DNA of 64,000 bases from Jatrophihabitans sp. (lineage in GTDB: Bacteria; Actinomycetota; Actinomycetes; Mycobacteriales; Jatrophihabitantaceae): positions 38,062 through 102,061 of the forward strand of contig DASSEP010000025.1 of the NCBI GenBank assembly GCA_035695205.1, read 5' to 3'. The position numbers and the translations under genes were made by a program. Each line of letters opens with the position of its first letter. Position 1 is the first letter of the stretch. The notes beneath the pieces were generated by a model. It did not search any database, had not been told where the DNA came from, and saw nothing but the letters and a program-made list of their open reading frames with translations. Below, in pieces: positions 1 to 9,531 of this stretch.

Positions 1-1152
1 ACGGAGCGCGGTGCTGCCCAGCCGCCGCAAGGCGCGCGGCGTCAGCCGCAGCCCGTCACCACCGCGCTGGACGTATCCCTGCTCGCGCAGTTCACGCTCG
101 ATACGGCGCAGCTGGGCCATGTCCTGCACCGCTGCCCGGCCGAGAGCGCGTTCGATCATCTCCTCGTCGATGTCGTCCAGGCTCGCCCCGGGATAGTCCT
201 GACCGAGCAACTCGTCGAGCTGGTCCAGGTCGGCCAGCTCGGCCAGTGCGCCGGTCGCGTCGGCGAAGCCCATGCCCTGCTGGCCGTCCATCCGGGCGCG
301 CCCGCCCCACTGCAGGTCCGGCCGTGCCGAACGCAGGCCGCTCTGCAGCCGCGCCAGCTCGTTCGCCAGCCCGGCGTTGCCCATCGCCTCGGCCATCAGC
401 GCTTCGAGTTCGGCACGCTGTTCCGGAGTGAGGCTGTCGAGCAGCCGCTGCGCGGCGGCGGCGCGTCGGGCCAGCGAGTCGATCAGCTCGTCGAGGTTGC
501 GTGGCTGATCGGGGAAGTACTCCCCGTACTGCTGCATGAACTCGTCGAACTGTTCCTGCGTGTGTTCGCCGCGGGCGTCGGCGTCGAGCATCTCGTTGAG
601 CGCCTGCATCATCTGCCGCACCCGCTCGAGATCTTCCGACGTCGCGCTCTGCAGCGCGTTCTTCATGCCGGCGAACTGGGCGTCGAGCACCTCGTCGCGC
701 AGCAGCTGGTTGATCTGCTCGAACGTCGCGCGGGCCTCCGGGGAGCGCCACTGGTAGTCGGCGAGCTGCGAGACGGCGCGGGCGGTGTCGCGCGGCAGGT
801 TGTCGAGCTCGGCCTCGGCCATCCGCGCGGCGTCCGAGGGGTCGGGGAACAGGGCCCGCCGCTCCTGTTCCACCGCGGTGTCGAGCAGCTCGCGGATCTG
901 GTCGAGCGTGCCGTCGAGGCGGCCCGAGCGGCGCAGTTCGCGAGCACGCTCCCGGGCCTTGCGGCGCAGCGAGTCGAGCCCGTCGCGGCCGGTCGTGCCG
1001 CGGCGCAGCAGGCGGTTCAGCGCAGCGCGGGGCGACATCCCGGACAGCACGTCATCGCCGATCTCGTCGAGCGCGTCGCGGATGTCGTACGGCGGCTCCA
1101 GGGGATCGGGGCCGCTGCCCGGCGTCCACATGCCGTAGCGGTACTTGGCCAT
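1..1152 (-). CDS. VWA domain-containing protein (Rv0959-like partner of the AAA+ ATPase); 3' end runs off the window
   Basis: ATG at 1152 gives MAKYRYGMWTPGSGPDPLEPPYDIRDALDEIGDDVLSG; frame stays open to the edge, so it is absent from the ORF track; directly downstream of the Mg-chelatase-like ATPase. The VWA domain itself would lie outside the window. Confidence 0.75.
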   Translation of the reverse strand, partial: MAKYRYGMWTPGSGPDPLEPPYDIRDALDEIGDDVLSGMSPRAALNRLLRRGTTGRDGLDSLRRKARERARELRRSGRLDGTLDQIRELLDTAVEQERRALFPDPSDAARMAEAELDNLPRDTARAVSQLADYQWRSPEARATFEQINQLLRDEVLDAQFAGMKNALQSATSEDLERVRQMMQALNEMLDADARGEHTQEQFDEFMQQYGEYFPDQPRNLDELIDSLARRAAAAQRLLDSLTPEQRAELEALMAEAMGNAGLANELARLQSGLRSARPDLQWGGRARMDGQQGMGFADATGALAELADLDQLDELLGQDYPGASLDDIDEEMIERALGRAAVQDMAQLRRIERELREQGYVQRGGDGLRLTPRALRRLGSTALR

Positions 1153-1166
1153 CAGCGGGCTCCTGC

Positions 1167-2600
1167 CTAGGCGCCGTAGACCGTGCGCGCGCCGTCGGTG
1201 TCCTTCGCCAGGCGCCGGTTGAGGTAGAGGCCCTCGAGCGCGAACTCCACGACCGAGGCGGCCACCCCGACCGCGGCCGGCCCCTCGCCGACGCCGTCGG
1301 GCTCGAGCCGGTCGAGAAGCGCGGATAGGACGGGGACGGGGCCGAGCTGGGTGAGCAGGTCCTGCGCGCCGATGCCATCGCCGGTGGTGATCGTGAGTCC
1401 GTTGTCGAACCGCTCCTGCAGCGGGCGCAGATCCAGGCCGGCGAGCCGGGAGCGGAACGTCTCGACCTCTGCCCGGCGCAGCAGGTGCTCGAGAACCTCG
1501 AACTCGCGTCCCTCGTCCGCGTCGTCGAACTCGACCTTGCCGCGCGAGGCGGGCACGATCGCCGGCAGGTCGCACACTCGCGCCACCGCCGCGTCCTCGT
1601 GCGCCACCGCGGCGCGGCGCACGGCCGACGCGGCGACCGTCTCGACAGCCGCGATCGCGAACCGCGCGGAGACGCCGGAGCGCTGGTCGACCTGCGGGGC
1701 GTCGCGGACCGCGCGGGCGAACCGGCCGACCACCTCGAGCAGGTGCGTCGGCACGAGCGGCGCCGCAAAGCTGCCAGTATCGAGGTCCTCCCACAGCACC
1801 GCGCTCTCCTGCGCGATGAGCGAGAGCTCGTCGGTCAGTTCCAGCGGGTAGTGGGTGCGCACCTCCGCACCGAAGCGGTCCTTCAACGGGGTGATGATCC
1901 GTCCGCGGTTGGTGTAGTCCTCGGGGTTCGCGCTCGCGACGACGAGCAGGTCCAGCGGCAGCCGCAGCTGGTAGCCGCGTACCTGGATGTCGCGTTCCTC
2001 GAGGACGTTGAGCAGCGCCACCTGGATCCGTTCGGCGAGATCCGGCAGCTCGTTGATCGCGAAGATGCCCCGGTTGGTACGCGGGACGAGGCCGTAGTGG
2101 ACGGTCTCGGGGTCGCCGAGCGTACGGCCCTGCGCGACCTTGATCGGATCGATGTCGCCGATCAGGTCACCGACGCTGGTGTCCGGGGTGGCGAGCTTCT
2201 CACCGAAGCGCTCGCTGCGGTGTTTCCACGCCACGAGGGTGTCGTCGCCCTCGTCGGCCAGCAGCTGCAGGCAGCGTCCGCAGATCGGCGCGTAGGGGTG
2301 GTCGTTGATCTCGCAGCCTGCAACGACGGGTGTCCACTCGTCCAGCAAGCCCACCAGCGTGCGGATCACGCGAGTCTTTCCCTGGCCGCGCTCGCCCAGC
2401 AGCACGAGATCGTGCCCGGCCAGCAGCGCGCGTTCCACCTCGGGGACGACCGTGTCGTCGAAGCCGACGATCCCGGGCAGCGACGGCTCGCCGGCGCGCA
2501 GCCGATTGATCAGGTTCTGGCGGATCTCGGTCTTGACCGAACGGTGCACGTGTCCGGTATCCCGCAACTGTCCGAGGGTGCTGATCTCAGGTCGGCTCAC
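1167..2600 (-). CDS. Mg-chelatase-like AAA+ ATPase (Rv0958-like)
   Basis: Walker A GERGQGKT, Walker B-like FAINE, ASANPEDYTNRGRIITPLKDRF. Confidence 0.85.
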   Translation of the reverse strand: MSRPEISTLGQLRDTGHVHRSVKTEIRQNLINRLRAGEPSLPGIVGFDDTVVPEVERALLAGHDLVLLGERGQGKTRVIRTLVGLLDEWTPVVAGCEINDHPYAPICGRCLQLLADEGDDTLVAWKHRSERFGEKLATPDTSVGDLIGDIDPIKVAQGRTLGDPETVHYGLVPRTNRGIFAINELPDLAERIQVALLNVLEERDIQVRGYQLRLPLDLLVVASANPEDYTNRGRIITPLKDRFGAEVRTHYPLELTDELSLIAQESAVLWEDLDTGSFAAPLVPTHLLEVVGRFARAVRDAPQVDQRSGVSARFAIAAVETVAASAVRRAAVAHEDAAVARVCDLPAIVPASRGKVEFDDADEGREFEVLEHLLRRAEVETFRSRLAGLDLRPLQERFDNGLTITTGDGIGAQDLLTQLGPVPVLSALLDRLEPDGVGEGPAAVGVAASVVEFALEGLYLNRRLAKDTDGARTVYGA

Positions 2601-2741
2601 TCCACGACGCTACGTCGCAGCCGCGCGGGACCGCCACCGTCGCAACCGGGGCCGGCTCACAGCTGCGTGGTGGCTAGGCGTACGCAGATCACCGCGCCCG
2701 CGGTAGGGCGAAGGGCCCGGTGGTCATGCAACGCTGTGCGC

Positions 2742-3224
2742 ATGCCGAGCCGCAGCGAGCCGCGCCGCATCGACGAACTGGACGCCCGACTGCTGCGGGA
2801 GCTGGACGAATCGCCGCGGGTCGGTGTGCTGGAGCTCTCCAGACGCCTCGGCGTGGCCCGTGGCACGGTGCAGGCCCGGCTCGACCGGCTCGTCGAGCGT
2901 GGCGTGATCGCCAGTTTCGCCCCGACGCTCGATCCGGTGGCCCTGGGCTTCGAGGTCACGGCGTTCGCGACGCTGGAGATCAGCCAGGGCAGAGGCCAGG
3001 CAGTCCTCGACCACCTCGCCTCGATTCCCGAGGTGCTCGAGGTGCACACCATCACCGGGCAGGGCGACATGCTCTGCCGGCTGGTGGCGCGCTCCAACGA
3101 CGACCTGCAGCAGGTGCTGAACCGGGTCACGGAGTTCCCCGAGATCACGCGCACCTCGACGGCGATCGCGCTGTCGAACCCGGTGCAGCACCGGGTGCTG
3201 CCGCTCGTCACGCGGTCCGACTGA
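2742..3224 (+). CDS. Lrp/AsnC family transcriptional regulator
   Basis: C-terminal part of ORF 1485..3224; IDELDARLL..., HTH LSRRLGVARGTVQARLDRL, RAM domain EVHTITGQGD. Confidence 0.9.
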   Translation: MPSRSEPRRIDELDARLLRELDESPRVGVLELSRRLGVARGTVQARLDRLVERGVIASFAPTLDPVALGFEVTAFATLEISQGRGQAVLDHLASIPEVLEVHTITGQGDMLCRLVARSNDDLQQVLNRVTEFPEITRTSTAIALSNPVQHRVLPLVTRSD

Positions 3225-3237
3225 GCCGTCGGCTCAG
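3221..3237. terminator. Inverted repeat between convergent lrp and greA; possible bidirectional terminator
   Basis: CTGAGCCG-T-CGGCTCAG spans both stop codons. Confidence 0.5.
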
Positions 3238-3731
3238 CCGGCGAACTTCCTCGCGTGGACGAGGTGCACCTTCATCGTCTTGCCGGTCGGGGTCTCGTAC
3301 TCGACGGTGTCGCCCTCGCGGGCCCCGGTGAGCGCCTTGCCAAGAGGGGAGGCCGACGAGTAGACCTCGACACCCGCCGTCTCGGCCTCCTCGCGGGAAC
3401 CGATGAGAAAGCTCTCTTCCTCGTCGTCGCCGTCGAAGCGAACGGTGACGAACATGCCCGGGCCGGCGACGCCGTCGCTGACCGGGGCTTCGCCGACCTT
3501 GGCCACGCGCAGCAGCTCCTGGAGCTGGGCGATCCGGCCCTCTTGCTTGCCCTGCTCCTCGCGGGCCGCGTGGTAGCCGCCGTTCTCGCGCAGGTCGCCC
3601 TCCTCGCGGCGGGCGTTGATCTCCTGCGCCATGACCGTCCGGTTCGCTTTCAGCTCCTCCAGCTCGGCGGAGAGGCGGTCGTAGGCCTCCTGCGTGAGGT
3701 AGGTGACCTCGGCGTCATCGGTCGTGGACAC
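3234..3731 (-). CDS. greA: Transcription elongation factor GreA
   Basis: [27 protein letters not shown]; GTG start inferred at 3731. Confidence 0.97.
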   Translation of the reverse strand: MSTTDDAEVTYLTQEAYDRLSAELEELKANRTVMAQEINARREEGDLRENGGYHAAREEQGKQEGRIAQLQELLRVAKVGEAPVSDGVAGPGMFVTVRFDGDDEEESFLIGSREEAETAGVEVYSSASPLGKALTGAREGDTVEYETPTGKTMKVHLVHARKFAG

Positions 3732-3850
3732 AGCAGTACTCCAAAGAAAGTCAACGAAAAGCCAGCGAACTTGCGGCGAAGCTTCGAACGTAACACCGGG
3801 GGCGGGGCTAGAGGCAAACGTTGTCCGCGGCATCGGCAACAATGGAGGGC

Positions 3851-4759
3851 GTGAGCGAAGTGGAGACCGGCGCCGCCGATCGGCTCCGGCTGATGGCCGT
3901 GCATGCCCATCCCGACGACGAGTCGAGCAAGGGCGCGGCGACGATGGCACGCTACGTCGACGAAGGCGTCGACGTGCTCGTCGTGACGTGCACGGGCGGT
4001 GAACGGGGCAGCATTTTGAACCCCGCGCTGAAGGACCGTGCCGACATCGAGGCCAACATCAGCGAGATCCGCCGTGCCGAGATGGATCGTGCCCGCGCGA
4101 TCCTCGGAGTCCGGCAGCACTGGCTGGGCTTCGTCGACTCCGGCCTGCCCGAGGGGGATCCGCTGCCGCCGCTGCCCGAGGGGTGTTTCGCCCTGGCGCC
4201 GCTCGACGAGGGTGTCGAACGTCTCGTCCGCGAGGTACGCGACTTCCGGCCGCACGTGATGACGACCTACAACGAGAGCGGCGGGTACCCGCACCCTGAC
4301 CACATCCGCTGCCACGAGATCTCGGTCGCTGCCTTCGAGGCAGCCGCCGACCCGGATCGCTTCCCGGACGCGGGGGAACCCTGGCAGCCGCTGAAGCTCT
4401 ACTACGACGTCGGGTTCAGCGTCGAGCGCACCGAGGCGATCCACGCCGAGATGCTGCGGCTGGGGCTGGAGTCGCCGTTCGAGGAATGGCTCGAGCGGCG
4501 CAAGAAGTGGGCGGACAAGACCCGCCCGCCGAAGATCACGACCCGGGTGCCGGCGGGTGAGTGGTTCGAGCGGCGCGACGCCGCGCTGCTCGCGCACGCC
4601 ACCCAGGTCGACCCCAATGGCTGGTTCTTCGCGGTGCCGCTCGACGTTCAGCGTTCGGTCTGGCCCACCGAGGACTTCGAACTGGTGCGCTCGCTGGTCG
4701 ATTCCGACATCCCCGAGGACGACCTGTTCGCCGGGATACGCGAGAAGGTCGCCCCGTGA
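3851..4759 (+). CDS. mca: Mycothiol conjugate amidase
   Basis: [34 protein letters not shown]; divergent from greA as in other actinobacteria. Confidence 0.95.
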   Translation: MSEVETGAADRLRLMAVHAHPDDESSKGAATMARYVDEGVDVLVVTCTGGERGSILNPALKDRADIEANISEIRRAEMDRARAILGVRQHWLGFVDSGLPEGDPLPPLPEGCFALAPLDEGVERLVREVRDFRPHVMTTYNESGGYPHPDHIRCHEISVAAFEAAADPDRFPDAGEPWQPLKLYYDVGFSVERTEAIHAEMLRLGLESPFEEWLERRKKWADKTRPPKITTRVPAGEWFERRDAALLAHATQVDPNGWFFAVPLDVQRSVWPTEDFELVRSLVDSDIPEDDLFAGIREKVAP

Positions 4760-5037
4760 CGGTGCCATGGGCTCTCGCTGCGGCCCCGCTGGCCAAGTCG
4801 GGCGAGGCGGCCAAGGCCGGCCCGATCGGGCTGGCGGTGATCCTGCTGCTGTGCATCGCCGCGTACTTCCTGTTCAAGTCGATGTCGAAGCACATGCGCA
4901 ATGTGCGTGAGAACTTCCCGGTCGACGGCCCGAACACCGCCCGGACGACCACCGAGCCGAACCCGTCCCAGCAGCGGCCGACCACCGAGCAGGCGCAGCG
5001 TGCCGAGCGCCCCGAGCCGCCGGCCGGCGAGTCCTAA
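4756..5037 (+). CDS. Small single-pass membrane protein (Rv1083-like)
   Basis: GTGA overlap with mca stop; [27 protein letters not shown]. Confidence 0.75.
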   Translation: MTVPWALAAAPLAKSGEAAKAGPIGLAVILLLCIAAYFLFKSMSKHMRNVRENFPVDGPNTARTTTEPNPSQQRPTTEQAQRAERPEPPAGES

Positions 5038-5063
5038 CGCGGGCAACCTCACAAGGGAACGCC

Positions 5064-6194
5064 ATGAACGTCAGCCGGGAGCAGGTGCTCGCGTACCGCG
5101 TCGCCGCGCAGGGGTTGCACCGCGAGGCGTCCGCGGCCGGAAAGCTGGCCGTGCTCGACATCGGCGTGCAGGAGGCGATGGGCCACCCGGCGGCGCTGGC
5201 GTTCGCGGCCCGGCTTCCCGCGTCGGTCCCGCTCTCGCCGGCCTCGGTCGAGGTGGGCCCGAGCACCGAGCTGGCGCTGACCTGGTCGCTGCGCGGCGCG
5301 CCGCACGTCCACCGGCGCGCCGATCTGGATGCGCTGACCGGTGCGCTGTGGCCGCTGTCCGAAGCTGACGCGGCCGGGCGGCTCAACGAAACGGGCCCCA
5401 GCGTGCAGAAGGCGGGCATCGCCGCGCTCGACCAGTTCGGCATCGCCGTGCGCGAGTTGCGTGCCGCGGTGCGCGGGCCGACGGCGAAGGGCGCGGTGAG
5501 CACCGCGGTCAGCCGGAAGCTGCCGCCGGTCATGCTGCGCGACTGCCGCGCCTGCAAGGCCCGGCACATCTCCGACTCCGCGATGCGCGCCGCCACCCTC
5601 GCCGCCGGGCTCGAGATGGAGCCGGGGAGCTCACCGCCGGTGCTGCTGCCCCGCAGCGGAGCGAGGCCACCGAGCGAGCCGGACCTCGCGGCGCTCGCCG
5701 GGTTGGCCCGCGCCTACCTGCGGCTGCTCGGCCCGGCAACCGTCGGCGAGTTCGCGGGCTACCTCGAGGCCCGGCGCGCCGACGTCGAGAACGCCTGGCC
5801 GCCGGACGACGTCGCCGAGGTCACCGTCGACGGCCGGACGGCGCACCTGCCGGCGGAGCAGCTGCCGCTGCTGCGGCGGCCGCCCGATCCGGAGTCCGTT
5901 CGCCTGCTCGGCCCGTTCGACCCCTACCTGCAGGCGCGCGACCGCAACCTGCTCGTGCCGGACAAGGCCGTCCAGAAACTGCTCTGGCCGGTGCTCGGGC
6001 GCCCCGGGGCGCTGCTCGTGGACGGCGAGGTCGCCGGCACGTGGCGGCCGAAGGCGGCCGCCCGCAAGCTCACGATCACCGTGGCGGCGCTCGCTCCGCT
6101 CCCGGCGTCGGTGTGGCGGCAGGTCGACGAGGAGGCCGAGCGGGTGGCCCAGGTGCGCGGCGCGGCCGACGCGCGCGTGATACGCGAGGAATGA
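5064..6194 (+). CDS. HTH_42 winged-helix protein (AlkZ/YcaQ-like DNA glycosylase family)
   Basis: WSLRGAPH, YLRLLGPAT, VRLLGPFDPYL, LVDGEVAGTW. Confidence 0.8.
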   Translation: MNVSREQVLAYRVAAQGLHREASAAGKLAVLDIGVQEAMGHPAALAFAARLPASVPLSPASVEVGPSTELALTWSLRGAPHVHRRADLDALTGALWPLSEADAAGRLNETGPSVQKAGIAALDQFGIAVRELRAAVRGPTAKGAVSTAVSRKLPPVMLRDCRACKARHISDSAMRAATLAAGLEMEPGSSPPVLLPRSGARPPSEPDLAALAGLARAYLRLLGPATVGEFAGYLEARRADVENAWPPDDVAEVTVDGRTAHLPAEQLPLLRRPPDPESVRLLGPFDPYLQARDRNLLVPDKAVQKLLWPVLGRPGALLVDGEVAGTWRPKAAARKLTITVAALAPLPASVWRQVDEEAERVAQVRGAADARVIREE

Positions 6195-6233
6195 GCAAGG
6201 AGGTGGACCGCCGGGCAACGGACACCGGGTCCG

Positions 6234-6674
6234 TCACTCGGGCGGCGGGCGCCGCCGGGAGGCCTTGAGCGCGCCGCGCTGGCGCTTCGCGTCGACGCGG
6301 CGGATCCGCGCCGCCCGCGACGGCCGCGTGGCCCGGCGCGCCGGCGCCGGCGGCTGCAGCGCCTCGGTGACGTAGTTGGCGAGACGGGCCCGGGCCGCGG
6401 TGCGGTTCTGCAGCTGAGAGCGGTGCTCGGACGCAACCACCACCAGCACGCCGTCGACCAGCCGCGGCGCCAGTTCGGTCAGCAGCCGAGCGCGCTGCTC
6501 GTCGGTGAGCGCGGCCGAGCCGGCCACGTCCCAGCGCAGCTCGACGCGGGTGTCGGACGTGTTGACCGACTGCCCACCCGGGCCGGACGAGCGGCTGAAC
6601 CGCTCGACCAGCTCGGCGTCGGGGATGGTCAGCCCGCGCGGCAGACCGCGGGCCGGGCGCAGGACGACATCCAC
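6234..6674 (-). CDS. arfB: Alternative ribosome rescue peptidyl-tRNA hydrolase ArfB
   Basis: SSGPGGQSVN GGQ motif, HRSQLQNR, basic C-terminal tail. Confidence 0.95.
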   Translation of the reverse strand: MDVVLRPARGLPRGLTIPDAELVERFSRSSGPGGQSVNTSDTRVELRWDVAGSAALTDEQRARLLTELAPRLVDGVLVVVASEHRSQLQNRTAARARLANYVTEALQPPAPARRATRPSRAARIRRVDAKRQRGALKASRRRPPPE

Positions 6675-6679
6675 GCCGC

Positions 6680-8230
6680 TCAGGGCCGGGCGGCGGTGTT
6701 CTGCACCTCGCGCATCCAGGCGGTGACCTCGTCGGCGTCGCGGGGGAGCATCGCCGACAGGTTCACCGGCTCGCCGTCGGTGACCACGACGTCGTCCTCG
6801 ATGCGCACGCCGATGCCGCGCAGCTCGTCAGGCACCGAGCGGTCGTTGACCTGGAAGTACAGCCCCGGCTCGACGGTCAGGACGTGGCCGACGTTGAGCG
6901 TGCCCTCGCGGTAGTTCTCCTCGCGGGCGAGCGCGCAGTCGTGCACGTCGATGCCCAGCATGTGCGACGTGCCGTGCAACGTGTAGCGGCGGTGCAGACC
7001 GGCGCCCGGGCGCTCCGGGTCGTCAGCACACGACACCTCGGCCGAGACCGGCAGGATGCCCCACGAGTGCAGGTGGTCGGCGATCACGTACATCGCGGCG
7101 CGGTGTGCGGCGAGGAAGTCCGCGCCGGCTTTGACCTCGGCGATCCCGGCCGCCTGGGCCTCCTGGACGGCGCGGTAGACCTTGAGCTGGGCCGGCGTCC
7201 ACTGGCCGTCGACCGGCATCGTCCGGGTCACGTCGGCGGTGTACAGCTCGTCGGTCTCCACGCCCATGTCGGCCAGCAGCAGCGTCCCGGGCTGGATTGC
7301 GCCGTGGTTGCGCCACCAGTGCAGCGTGGTCGCGTGCCGGCCGGAGGCGAGGATGGACGAGTAGCCCACGTCGTTGCCCTCGAGGCGGGCGCGCCGCCAG
7401 AACGTTCCTTCCAGCCAGCGCTCGCCGCGGACGTCGGCGCCGACCAGCGCCGGCAGCTCGCGGGCGACGTCGGCGAACCCGCGCGCGGTCACCTCGCAGG
7501 CGAACCGGAGCCGGCCGAGTTCCCACTCGTCCTTGACGAGGCGCAGCTCGTCGAGCAACTGCGCCAGCTGCGCGTCGCGCTCACTGGCGGGCAGCAGGGC
7601 GTCGACCGTCGGATCGAACCCGCGCAGCACGGCGGCGTCGTCCGCGCCGCGCGCGCGGAGATCGTCGGCGAGCGCCGACAGCGGCCGGGTGCGGATACCC
7701 AGCACGCTTGCCGTGTCGTCGAGGCTGGGCACGTTGCCGACCCACACCGCGCCGTGCATGCGGTCGGTGAAGTAGGCGACGTCACCGGGCTGGGCGTATT
7801 CCCGTACGTAGAGCGTGCTGTCGTGCCCGCCGGTCGTCGGGGTCATCACCAGCACGGCGTCGGCGACCGTCTCCCCGGTGAGCCAGGTGAACGAACTGGC
7901 CGCCCGGAAGGCGTACTCGGTGTCGTTCGCCCGCACCTTCATCGCACCGGCCGGGACGACGACCTGGGTGCCGGGAAGCGCGGCGGACACGGCGGCGCGG
8001 CGCCGGGCGGCGTACGGCCCGACCTCGGGGCCGGCCGGATGCGGCATGGGCGGTGACGGCGCCCAGTCGATCGAGATCGCCTTGCGCAGATGATCAGGCA
8101 TGGGGACGTCGTGCGAGGTGGTGCCCGGCGCCTCGTCGGCGCCCGGCTCGATCTGCGGCTCCTCGGCGAGCACCGTGGTGTCGCCGGTCGGCGTGCGGGA
8201 GGAGGTCGATTCGTGGGTGTGCCCGGACAT
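6680..8230 (-). CDS. pepP: Xaa-Pro aminopeptidase (aminopeptidase P, M24)
   Basis: LADMGVE, YTADVTRT, HGTSHMLGIDVHD, TVEPGLY, GIGVRIEDD. Confidence 0.92.
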   Translation of the reverse strand: MSGHTHESTSSRTPTGDTTVLAEEPQIEPGADEAPGTTSHDVPMPDHLRKAISIDWAPSPPMPHPAGPEVGPYAARRRAAVSAALPGTQVVVPAGAMKVRANDTEYAFRAASSFTWLTGETVADAVLVMTPTTGGHDSTLYVREYAQPGDVAYFTDRMHGAVWVGNVPSLDDTASVLGIRTRPLSALADDLRARGADDAAVLRGFDPTVDALLPASERDAQLAQLLDELRLVKDEWELGRLRFACEVTARGFADVARELPALVGADVRGERWLEGTFWRRARLEGNDVGYSSILASGRHATTLHWWRNHGAIQPGTLLLADMGVETDELYTADVTRTMPVDGQWTPAQLKVYRAVQEAQAAGIAEVKAGADFLAAHRAAMYVIADHLHSWGILPVSAEVSCADDPERPGAGLHRRYTLHGTSHMLGIDVHDCALAREENYREGTLNVGHVLTVEPGLYFQVNDRSVPDELRGIGVRIEDDVVVTDGEPVNLSAMLPRDADEVTAWMREVQNTAARP

Positions 8231-8301
8231 GCCGAAAGTCTAGGCGTGTGTCACCGCGCGAGGTCGCCGCCAACCCGCCGGGAATGGCCTACCTTGGCGG
8301 A

Positions 8302-9531
8302 ATGGAACCGCGAGCGCCGGAGCGTCAATGGTCGCCGTTCACGGGCGAGCAGGAACGCGTCGAGGCGGATTCGGACTATTACCGGGACTACCGCGACGAC
8401 GAACGGGGGTCGCGCGAGGCCCCGCTCGGCCGGCGGACCGCGCGAGAACTCAGGCGCGGCCGACCGGGACTCATCGCGATGATCGCCGTGATCGTCGAGC
8501 TCATCGCGATCGGCGGTGGCGGTAACCAGTGGGTGATCAAGCACCTCACCCGGTATGCCGCCCAGCATCCGTTCGCGTTTCCCGGGCACCTGGTCAGTGC
8601 ACTCACCGTCTACCAGTGGCGGTTCGCGCCGCAGCCCGGCGACCGCGCCAACGAGCCGCTGGCGCATGTGGCGCTCGTCGGCACCGTGCTGGTGCTGACC
8701 GGGCTGCTCGTCTACCTGCTCTGCCGCGGCGCGATCACCTTCTGGCGCGCCTTTTTCGGCACGTGGCTCGCGGTCATCGTCGCCACCCTCGCCGGCATGG
8801 TGGTGCGCAACCTCATCTCCCCGCCGCCCTACCCGGCCAACTTCGACCACGCGGCGGGCGCTGTGTTCCTCGGGCCGGACGGGTTCGGAGCGATTGCCGG
8901 CGCGGTGCTCGGTGTCGTGTGCGCGCTGTTCGCGGCTCTCGTCGCGGTGGCGACCCGGCGGCGCGTTCCGATCGAGATCCCTGCGACCGACCAGGGCCGC
9001 CTCGAACCTGCGCCCTACGTGCCGCAACCACGCGCGCGGTATGCCGAGTACCCGGAGACCGAGACTGCGAGCTACTTCGGAAGCTACGGCGGCAACGGCT
9101 CCAGCCTGCCCACGACGCCTTACACGCCGAGCCCGTACGCAGCGGCGCCGACGGTGGCCGGGCCAGCGGCGGTCGAACGCGAGGCAGCACCGCCGTCGCA
9201 GACCGCGGACGAGCAGACCACGCGGCTGCCTCGGGGCCAGGACGCCGCGGCCGCCACGACGCAGTTAGCGCCGCTGCCCCCCGAGGAGCGGGTCACGCCG
9301 TCCGGCGAGGACGCCGCGGCCACGAGCCAGTTGCCCACGGTGCGCGACGAGCCGGCGTCCGCAGTCGAGCCGGCCACGTCCGAAACGTCCTCAGGCGAAC
9401 CGGCCACGTCGGAACCACCCGCCGCCGAGCCGGCTGCCGCGGAATCCGGGGACGCGCCGACCCAGGCTTTCCCCCGGCCGCCGGACGACGAGGACCTCGG
9501 CCAGCACCCCGATTCCCACGACCTTCGCTAA
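8302..9531 (+). CDS. Hypothetical multi-pass membrane protein with long Pro/Ala/Thr-rich C-terminal tail
   Basis: About 4 hydrophobic segments then a low-complexity tail; TACCTT -10-like hexamer 6 nt before the ATG. Confidence 0.7.
   Translation: MEPRAPERQWSPFTGEQERVEADSDYYRDYRDDERGSREAPLGRRTARELRRGRPGLIAMIAVIVELIAIGGGGNQWVIKHLTRYAAQHPFAFPGHLVSALTVYQWRFAPQPGDRANEPLAHVALVGTVLVLTGLLVYLLCRGAITFWRAFFGTWLAVIVATLAGMVVRNLISPPPYPANFDHAAGAVFLGPDGFGAIAGAVLGVVCALFAALVAVATRRRVPIEIPATDQGRLEPAPYVPQPRARYAEYPETETASYFGSYGGNGSSLPTTPYTPSPYAAAPTVAGPAAVEREAAPPSQTADEQTTRLPRGQDAAAATTQLAPLPPEERVTPSGEDAAATSQLPTVRDEPASAVEPATSETSSGEPATSEPPAAEPAAAESGDAPTQAFPRPPDDEDLGQHPDSHDLR

Noticed and set aside
1485-2741. Long N-terminal extension on the Lrp ORF
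   Set aside because: Antisense to the AAA+ ATPase; the Lrp domain starts at 2742. The same applies to extensions on the methyltransferase, bioF, bioB and MFS ORFs.
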